DNA from: Deinococcaceae bacterium
Lineage (GTDB): Bacteria > Deinococcota > Deinococci > Deinococcales > Trueperaceae
Assembly: GCA_040256005.1 (NCBI GenBank)
Contig: JBDZWC010000019.1
Span: forward strand, 1 to 32,351
Length of the DNA stretch: 32,351 bases
Reading direction: 5' to 3'
Shown piece by piece: positions 25,769 to 32,351 of this stretch. The notes beneath the pieces were generated by a model. That model ran no database searches, had not been told where the DNA came from, and was given only the letters and a program-made list of their open reading frames with translations. The translations under genes were made by a program, and so were the position numbers. Positions within the stretch are counted from its first letter, which is position 1; every line of letters begins with the position of its first letter.

Positions 25769-27640
25769 ATGACCGACGTCTTTGGCGCGTTGACCGCCTC
25801 ACTGCGCGCCGCGATCCAGACCCTGGCCCCGGACTTCGATGCGGACGTGCAGGTCCAGGAGGTGCCGGCGGACAAGCCCGGCGACTACGGCAGCCCGGTG
25901 GCGTTCACGCTCGCCCGCACGCTCCGGCGGCCGCCGCCCCAGATCGCCGCCGACATCGTGGCCCGGTTGCAGTTGCCACAGGGCGTGGCGGCGGCTGACG
26001 CCGTGGGCGCGTACATCAACTTCAGGCTGGACGCCGGCGCCTTCGTGCGCGGCATCGTGACGGGCTCGGCGCGGCCCCGGGTGGCCGAGCGCCGCAAGGT
26101 CGTCGTCGAGCACACGAGCGTCAACCCCAACAAGGAGGCCCACGTCGGGCACCTGCGCAACATCGTCCTGGGGGACGCCACGGCGCGGATCCTGCGGGCC
26201 GCCGGTCATGTGGTCGAGGTTCAGAACTACATAGACGACACCGGTCGGCAGGCTGCCGAGAGCATCTTCGCCGTCACGTACTTCCAGACCCGCTACGACA
26301 CGCCCTCGAACGGCTCGCCACGCAAGTACGACCACTGGTTGGGCGAGCTGTACGTGCGCCTCGGCCAGGCCAAGGAGACCGACGGCGAGGCCATAGAGCG
26401 CGGCGTCAACGAGGTCATGCATCGCCTCGAGCGCGGCGAGCTGCGGCACGAGGTGGAGCGCGTCGTGCGCGCCCAGCTCGAGACCTTCAACGCCCTCGGC
26501 GCCGAGTACGACCTGCTGGTATGGGAGTCGGACGTCGTGCAGGCGGGCTTCCTGGACCAGGGTCTCGAGGTGCTGGAGAACAGCCGCTACACCTCTCGGC
26601 CCACCGAGGGCAAGTACGCCGGGGCGCTCGTCATGGACGTCTCGGAGTTCCTGCCCGGTCTCGAGGAGCCGAACATCGTGCTGGTGCGGTCAGACGGCAA
26701 CGCCATGTACGTCGCCAAGGACATCGGCTACCAGTTCTGGAAGGCGGGGCTCTTCGAGGGCCTGGGCTTCGAGCGCTTCGCGGTGCAGCCCTCCGGCAGC
26801 CCTTTGTACACCTCGAGCCCCAAGGGCGAGCTGCATCCCGACGGCCGCACCTTCGCCAACGCCGACGAGATCATCAACGTCATCGACGTGCGCCAGAGCC
26901 ATCCTCAGACGATCGTCAAGACGGCCTTGGCGCTGGCTGACGACCCGCGGGCGCAGAAGGCGCACGAGAACTCGCACCACCTGGCGTACGAGGTCGTCAC
27001 CCTCGAAGGCCGCGCGATGAGTGGGCGCAAGGGCATCACCCTGTCGATAGACGAGGTGACGGTCGAGGCCACGCGCCGGGCCCGCGCCGTGGTGGAGGAG
27101 AAGAACCCGGGCCTCCAGGACATTGACGAGGTCGCGCGCGCCGTTGGCATAGGCGCCCTGCGCTTCGGCATGCTCAAGAGCGAGGCCAAGCGGATGATCG
27201 ACTTCCGGTGGAACCAGGCGCTGTCGCTGCAGGGCGACTCGGCCCCTTACGTGCAGTACGCGCACGCCCGCGCCTGCAGCATCCTGCGCGCGGCGGAGGC
27301 GGCGGGTCTGTCCTTGGCCGTGGCCGAGGAGAGGGCCGACATGGACGCGTTGGGCCCGCTCGAGGTGAAGCTGGCCCAGGTGCTCGCGCGCTACCCGCGT
27401 GTGGTCGAGACGGCCGCTGAGGAGCTGGCCCCCCACCAGGTGGCCCAGTACGCGCTGGACCTGGCCACCGCGTGGAACTCGTACTACAACCACAAGGACG
27501 CCTCCGGCCGGCCGGACACGCAGGTGCTGAAGGCCGAGCCCGGGCTGCGCGAGGCACGGCTGGTCCTGGTGGACGCCGTGAGGCGCGGCCTGGCCGACAC
27601 GCTGGACCTGCTGGGCATCGCTGCTCCCGTCGAGATGTGA
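25769..27640 (+). CDS. argS: arginine--tRNA ligase
   Basis: GDYGSP, EHTSVNPNKEAHVGHLRN (HIGH), QNYIDDTG, MSGRKG, GDSAPYVQYAHARACSIL, C-terminal VEM; ATG 25769 after TG-G-TAACTT. Confidence 0.97.
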   Translation: MTDVFGALTASLRAAIQTLAPDFDADVQVQEVPADKPGDYGSPVAFTLARTLRRPPPQIAADIVARLQLPQGVAAADAVGAYINFRLDAGAFVRGIVTGSARPRVAERRKVVVEHTSVNPNKEAHVGHLRNIVLGDATARILRAAGHVVEVQNYIDDTGRQAAESIFAVTYFQTRYDTPSNGSPRKYDHWLGELYVRLGQAKETDGEAIERGVNEVMHRLERGELRHEVERVVRAQLETFNALGAEYDLLVWESDVVQAGFLDQGLEVLENSRYTSRPTEGKYAGALVMDVSEFLPGLEEPNIVLVRSDGNAMYVAKDIGYQFWKAGLFEGLGFERFAVQPSGSPLYTSSPKGELHPDGRTFANADEIINVIDVRQSHPQTIVKTALALADDPRAQKAHENSHHLAYEVVTLEGRAMSGRKGITLSIDEVTVEATRRARAVVEEKNPGLQDIDEVARAVGIGALRFGMLKSEAKRMIDFRWNQALSLQGDSAPYVQYAHARACSILRAAEAAGLSLAVAEERADMDALGPLEVKLAQVLARYPRVVETAAEELAPHQVAQYALDLATAWNSYYNHKDASGRPDTQVLKAEPGLREARLVLVDAVRRGLADTLDLLGIAAPVEM

Positions 27641-27695
27641 GGCTTCCCCCCAGAGAAGAGTTCTAAGCGACCGGCAAGTGGGCTAGCATCTGAGG

Positions 27696-27926
27696 ATGGA
27701 CTCTGCACCCCGGCCCCGGCTCAGCGACGGCCGCTTCCTCGTTCCCGCCGTCCTTGGCGTACTAGGCGTCCTGTTCGCACTCAGCGCTCTACCGTTCCAG
27801 CCCTCGCCGTCCAAGATCGTCCTCAACCTCGTGGCCGTGATCATGCTGGCCGCCGGCGGTGCCGGCCTGGCCATGGCGCTGGACAAGAAGCGTCGCGGCG
27901 AAGAAACGAACGAGACCGGGCGCTAG
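27696..27926 (+). CDS. small 2-TM membrane protein, hypothetical
   Basis: Two hydrophobic helices followed by DKKRR; TAGCAT 6 nt upstream of ATG. Confidence 0.7.
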   Translation: MDSAPRPRLSDGRFLVPAVLGVLGVLFALSALPFQPSPSKIVLNLVAVIMLAAGGAGLAMALDKKRRGEETNETGR

Positions 27927-27964
27927 GACGCCCGGCCCCGCCGAACCGATAGGTCTGTAGTAGC

Positions 27965-28336
27965 TCAGCCGATAGGGTCCATGCCCGCGGCCGGCGGCCG
28001 CGTGGCCGTGACCGTCGAGGCCCGCGGCGACTGGCCCGCGCCGTTCCTGGCCATGTAGGAGGTGTTCTCGGCGATCTTGAAGATCGCCATGAACGCCTCG
28101 AGCCATACGCGGGCGATGATCACGTAGAGCAGGAACGCGATGGGGACCAGGATGAGCGCGAGGATGGCGCCGCCGGCGCCGTTCGACGCGAACGTCACGA
28201 ACCAGAACAGCCCCACGATCGCCGCCGCGATGATCGAGATGACGTAGATCACCCGGATGATGCGCACGGTGACGAAGTCGTCGAAGGAGAGGTCGAAGAG
28301 CATCGACAGGAAGGACTTGCCGCTGTTGCCGACCAC
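27965..28336 (-). CDS. DUF4282 family membrane protein
   Basis: LFDLSFDDFVTVRIIRVIY..IARVWLEAFMAIFKIAEN; GGAGG 5 nt before GTG 28336. Confidence 0.85.
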   Translation of the reverse strand: MVGNSGKSFLSMLFDLSFDDFVTVRIIRVIYVISIIAAAIVGLFWFVTFASNGAGGAILALILVPIAFLLYVIIARVWLEAFMAIFKIAENTSYMARNGAGQSPRASTVTATRPPAAGMDPIG

Positions 28337-28483
28337 TTTTGCCTCCAGGCCCACCGCGGTTTCGTCCAGGTAGCCCGGGGGCCGCTCAGAGGAGCGGCGA
28401 CCGTGAGAACGAGATGTGGGCAACCTGAGAATAGAGCCGTTCGGCGCCGTGCGCTACGCGACTACGCCACATATAGTCCTCTC

Positions 28484-30166
28484 ATGGCCGGCCTCGACCT
28501 GGACGAGATCGCGGTCCTGGCGGACCGGCTGGCGCGCAGACGAGAGACGGTAGGCCTCGCCGTCGCCGTGCTCGACGGTGGCGAGACAGTGTTCGCGAAG
28601 GGCTACGGCGTCACGCGCGCGGGCGGGAGTGGCGTGCCTGTCACGCCGGCTACGCTCTTCGGCCTCGGCTCCATCGCGAAGAACCTCTGCGCCTGCCTCA
28701 TCATGCGGCTGGTCGAGAGGGGCCGGCTACACCTCGACGAGCCCCTCGTTGCACTCGACCCCGGGCTGGAGTTCTCGGACCCGCTCCTCGGTCGAGCGAT
28801 CACGCTCCGGCACGTCCTCAGCCACACCACCGGGCTGCCCGCGGCCGGGAAAGACTTCGGGCCCGTGCACCCCGAGGCCTTGAGGGAGTTCGTCAGGCGG
28901 CAGGTCTCCGCGTACCGCTTCCTGTTCTTGCCCGGTGCCGCGCACAACTACAGCAACGTCGCGTACTGCCTGGCCGGCCACGTGGCAGAGGTCGTCACCG
29001 GCAGCGGCTACGACACCCTGGTGGCTGAGCACGTGTTCGAGCCGCTGGGGATGCACGCGGCTACCTTCGACCCGGATCTCGCCGCTGCACGCGGGCTGGC
29101 GCCGCCGCACCGGCCCGATCCGGACGGCTCGCCGGTGCCGGCCCTGCTGGCCCGGAACGCCAGCGGGAACCCTTCGTCGTTCACTCTCGCGAGCCTGAAC
29201 GACCTGTGTGCTCTGGCAGCCATGTACCTCGTGAGGGGCGCGGTCTTCGGGGAACGCTACCTCTGGCCCCAGAGCCTGGACGAGATGATGCGCGCACAAG
29301 TGGACCGCGGCATAGGCCCGGCTCCGTACGAACTGTCCCAAGTTAACCGCGCGTACGGGCTGGGTTTCTACGTCGGCTCTTACCGCAGGCACCGCGTGGC
29401 GCGGCACGGAGGAGTCTCGCAGTCCTACAACTGCTTCTTCGAGCTGCTGCCAGACGACGGGCGCGCCCTCGTCGTCCTGTGCAATCACGCCGACGACGCG
29501 GCGCTGACGGAGCTGGTGGCGGGGGTCTACGACGTCGTGACCGGCCGGCGACCTGCGGGTCTGGCCAAGCGTAGAGCGCCCGGTCCGGCGAAGGGACGAG
29601 ACCTGTCCGAATGGACAGGCACCTACGTCGACTTCGAGTACGGCGGCATCGTCGAGGTGATGACTCGGTCCTACGGCGGCGCAGTGCTGCGCCGCGAGAG
29701 CGAGGAGCTGGAGATCGTCCCCTTATCCGGTACCGACGGCTACGCGCGGGCGCCGTCGGGCCGGTTGCCGCTGGCTTTAAGGCCGCGGGCTGGAGCGGAC
29801 CGCGAGCACGTCCTCATCGTCGGAGGCCGACCGTACCTAGCGCTGGAGCAGTCCGGCCCGGTACCAACCGTTGAGATGCTGCAGAGGCTGGCAGGCCGCT
29901 ACCGCGACCCCACCAACCTCGCGGACGACGGTGCACTCGAGGTGACGGTGGCTGGCGGCGCGCTCAAGGTGAGTGATGGCGGGGAGTGGTACGACTGCCG
30001 CCCGTTGGGTGGGTCTCGGTTCACGTGCGGCTTGGGGGTCCTCGATTTCGACGACCGCCGAGATAACCCCTACTCGGACGGCGGGCCCAGGTACGTTCAG
30101 CAGGGAGGGGCGACGCTCTACTTCCGGAAACTCGCGGCGGATATTGCGGCCTGGGCCGACTCCTAG
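28484..30166 (+). CDS. serine hydrolase, beta-lactamase/class C PBP fold with C-terminal extension
   Basis: SIAK (SxxK), LSHTTGL, YSN, HGG; TATAGT 6 nt upstream of ATG 28484; no signal peptide. Confidence 0.9.
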   Translation: MAGLDLDEIAVLADRLARRRETVGLAVAVLDGGETVFAKGYGVTRAGGSGVPVTPATLFGLGSIAKNLCACLIMRLVERGRLHLDEPLVALDPGLEFSDPLLGRAITLRHVLSHTTGLPAAGKDFGPVHPEALREFVRRQVSAYRFLFLPGAAHNYSNVAYCLAGHVAEVVTGSGYDTLVAEHVFEPLGMHAATFDPDLAAARGLAPPHRPDPDGSPVPALLARNASGNPSSFTLASLNDLCALAAMYLVRGAVFGERYLWPQSLDEMMRAQVDRGIGPAPYELSQVNRAYGLGFYVGSYRRHRVARHGGVSQSYNCFFELLPDDGRALVVLCNHADDAALTELVAGVYDVVTGRRPAGLAKRRAPGPAKGRDLSEWTGTYVDFEYGGIVEVMTRSYGGAVLRRESEELEIVPLSGTDGYARAPSGRLPLALRPRAGADREHVLIVGGRPYLALEQSGPVPTVEMLQRLAGRYRDPTNLADDGALEVTVAGGALKVSDGGEWYDCRPLGGSRFTCGLGVLDFDDRRDNPYSDGGPRYVQQGGATLYFRKLAADIAAWADS

Positions 30167-30253
30167 ACAGTTACCTGCTGCGGTAGGGAAGCCGAGACCT
30201 TCACCGGCGACGGCAGTAAGGCTCTCCAGCGCGAGGGCACGCCGCAACCCCTC

Positions 30254-32351
30254 CTACCTCTTCAAGTGCCTGGCCAGAACCTCTATCGGGTGAACCGCCT
30301 TCTCCTCGGTGCCGTCGGCGATCTGGTGACGGCACGAGAAGCCCGGCGCGGCCGTCGTGCCCTCGTGCGCCCGCACGGCCGGGAACAGCCTCTGCTCGCC
30401 GATGGTCATCGACAGGTCGTGGTGGGCGTACCCGAACGAGCCGGCCATGCCGCAGCACCCGGCGTCCAGCACTTCTACCTCGTCAGCGACCCAACCGAGC
30501 GTGGCCGCCGCGTAGCTGGTGCCCAGGACGGCCTTCTGCTGGCAGTGGCCGTGGAACAGCACCGGCTGGCTGGCGCGCTCGAAATGGTCTTCGGGCTTGA
30601 ACCTGCCGGCGGTCCACTCCTTGGCGAGGAAGTCCTCGACCATGCGCACGTTCTTGGCGACGGCGCGTGAGTCCTCACCGGGCACCAGGTCCGGGTAGTC
30701 GTCCTTGAACGCCGCGACGCACGACGGCTCGATGCCCACGATGGGCACGCCGGCGACCACGTAGGTCATGAGCCTGGCGACGTTCGCGGCCGCCATCCGC
30801 TTGGCGTCGCGCAGCATGCCCTTCGAGATCTGCGGACGCGCGCAGCAGCCGTAGCTGATCAGCTCCACGTCGTAACCCAACGCGTCCAGCACCTGCACAG
30901 CCGCCTTGCCGGGGCCCTGGTCGTTGAAGCGCGTCCAGGTGTCGGCGAAGAGGGCGACCTTGCCAAGGGGTCGAGGTGCCGACCGTGCGGTGGCTACCTC
31001 TTGGCCGGGGGTTTCGGCCCCCGGGGCCACTGTGCCGGCCCCTGCTCCGGGCGCGCCCGCCGCGGCCTGGGGCGCGACCGCCGGCTGCCGCCCCTCGAAC
31101 CAGCTCTCGAAGCGGCGCGGCTCGTAGCTTGGCAGTACGCGCCTGGCGTCCACGCCCACGGCCTTCTCCATGAGCCAGCGGACGGGCTTGAGCGGCAGCA
31201 GGGTGTTGGCGAGGGGCGCCAGCGTCTGGCCCAACGGGGCGACCCGCCCCACGTTCGCGAACGCGCGCGCGGAGAGTGGCGTGCCGTGATCGTCGTAGTA
31301 GTGCTGCAGCCACTCGTACTTGAGCTTGGCCATGTCCACCTGGCTGGGGCATTCGGCCTTGCAGGCCTTGCACTCCAGGCACAGGTCGAGGACCTCGTAG
31401 ACCGCCTGGCTGGTGAGCCCGCCGGGCAGCCCGCCGGTGATGGCCTCGCGTAGCACGTTGGCGCGGCCGCGTGTGGAGTGGTCCTCGTCGCGGGTGCCCA
31501 TGTAGCTGGGGCACATGGTCCCCACGCCCACCTTGCGGCAGGCGCCCACGCCGGTGCAGGCCTCGATGGCGCCGAGGAACCCCTCCTGACCGCTGAAGTC
31601 GAAGTGCGTCTCGACCTGCGGCGCCGGGTAGTCGGTGCCGTAACGCAGGTCCTCGGTCATGGCCGGCGCCTCTACGACCTTGCCGGGGTTCATGAGCCAG
31701 TCGGGGTCGAAGGCGCGCTTCACGTCGATGAACGCCTGGTAGAGCCGGTCGCCGAACAGGCGCCGGTTCTGGTACGACCGGATGAGGCCGTCGCCGTGCT
31801 CGCCGCTCCACGAGCCGCCGTACTTGAGCACCAGCTCGAAGACCTCGTCGCTTATGGCCTGGTACGCCTCGATGCCGGCGGCGTCCTTGAGGTCGAGGAG
31901 CGGCCTGACGTGGATGACGCCCACGCTGGCGTGCGCGTACATGACGGCGCGGGCGCCGTGGCGCTCGCACACCTCGATGACCTCGGGGATGTAGAACGGC
32001 AGCTTGTCCACCGGGATGGCCGCGTCCTCGATGAACGGCGTCGGCTTCTGGCGCCCCTTCATGGTGGCGTAGATGCCCAGGCCGGCGCGACGCAGCTCGA
32101 AGATCTCCTTCTGCTGCGCCGGCACCTTGGCGACGAACGAGGCGTACGACAGTGCGCCTACGTCCGTGTCGGCCGCGAGCGAGGCCAACTGCTCCTCCAG
32201 CTCCGATTCCGTCTCGCCGTCGAACTCCACCAGCAGGACCGCGGCCGGGTCGCCCTGCACCCAGCTCGTCAGGGCGGCCATACTGGGGTTGGCCCGGCCC
32301 AGCTCGAAGAGGTCACGGTCGAGGAGCTCCACCGCGGCCGGCCCGTGGCGG
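30254..32351 (-). CDS. FAD-linked oxidase fused to 4Fe-4S and CCG domains (GlcD/GlcF, YdiJ-like), 5' part outside the window
   Basis: FIEDAA, HVRP, SGEHGDG, MNPGK; CTGVGACRK..MCP, CLECKACKAECP; GCCARP and GCCGMAG; frame open to the window edge. Confidence 0.92.
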   Translation of the reverse strand, partial: RHGPAAVELLDRDLFELGRANPSMAALTSWVQGDPAAVLLVEFDGETESELEEQLASLAADTDVGALSYASFVAKVPAQQKEIFELRRAGLGIYATMKGRQKPTPFIEDAAIPVDKLPFYIPEVIEVCERHGARAVMYAHASVGVIHVRPLLDLKDAAGIEAYQAISDEVFELVLKYGGSWSGEHGDGLIRSYQNRRLFGDRLYQAFIDVKRAFDPDWLMNPGKVVEAPAMTEDLRYGTDYPAPQVETHFDFSGQEGFLGAIEACTGVGACRKVGVGTMCPSYMGTRDEDHSTRGRANVLREAITGGLPGGLTSQAVYEVLDLCLECKACKAECPSQVDMAKLKYEWLQHYYDDHGTPLSARAFANVGRVAPLGQTLAPLANTLLPLKPVRWLMEKAVGVDARRVLPSYEPRRFESWFEGRQPAVAPQAAAGAPGAGAGTVAPGAETPGQEVATARSAPRPLGKVALFADTWTRFNDQGPGKAAVQVLDALGYDVELISYGCCARPQISKGMLRDAKRMAAANVARLMTYVVAGVPIVGIEPSCVAAFKDDYPDLVPGEDSRAVAKNVRMVEDFLAKEWTAGRFKPEDHFERASQPVLFHGHCQQKAVLGTSYAAATLGWVADEVEVLDAGCCGMAGSFGYAHHDLSMTIGEQRLFPAVRAHEGTTAAPGFSCRHQIADGTEEKAVHPIEVLARHLKR

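Noticed and set aside
30171..30220. Long imperfect hairpin as an ncRNA
   Set aside because: Many bulges and no recognisable family; more simply a weak terminator between convergent genes

Overview
High-GC chromosomal window of mostly housekeeping genes. It is most consistent with a Deinococcota (Truepera/Deinococcus-like) genome; this is inferred from the ArgS type, a tandem HAIR operator at lon and pervasive leaderless promoters, not from a database search. In order it holds tRNA-Leu(GAG), an Fe-S DinG-type helicase, an Lrp regulator with two tandem Eis-like acetyltransferases, ymdB-ppc, an exbB-exbD operon, an ArsR-SRPBCC pair, DUF1269, an orphan phage-type GH19 lysozyme, DUF2277, a metallophosphoesterase, a 4xLysM-M23 peptidase, a small orphan ORF, argB, a phosphohexomutase, tpiA with an M24 peptidase, an AI-2E transporter, a dienelactone hydrolase, lon, argS, two small membrane proteins, a beta-lactamase-fold serine hydrolase and a partial FAD/Fe-S oxidoreductase. 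I saw no integrase, transposase, CRISPR array or prophage. The best candidate for an undescribed system is 8534-11749: an intact ExbB/ExbD-type proton motor whose third gene has a TonB/TolA-type S-x3-H membrane anchor, a ~360-aa linker with ~10 novel 15-aa repeats, and a C-terminal DUF3048 (YerB-like) domain instead of a TonB/TolA C-domain. Other notable points are a PEP carboxylase lacking the canonical aspartate-binding C-terminal Asn, diverged tandem Eis paralogues, and about 12 apparently leaderless genes. All family calls come from motif recognition by eye.
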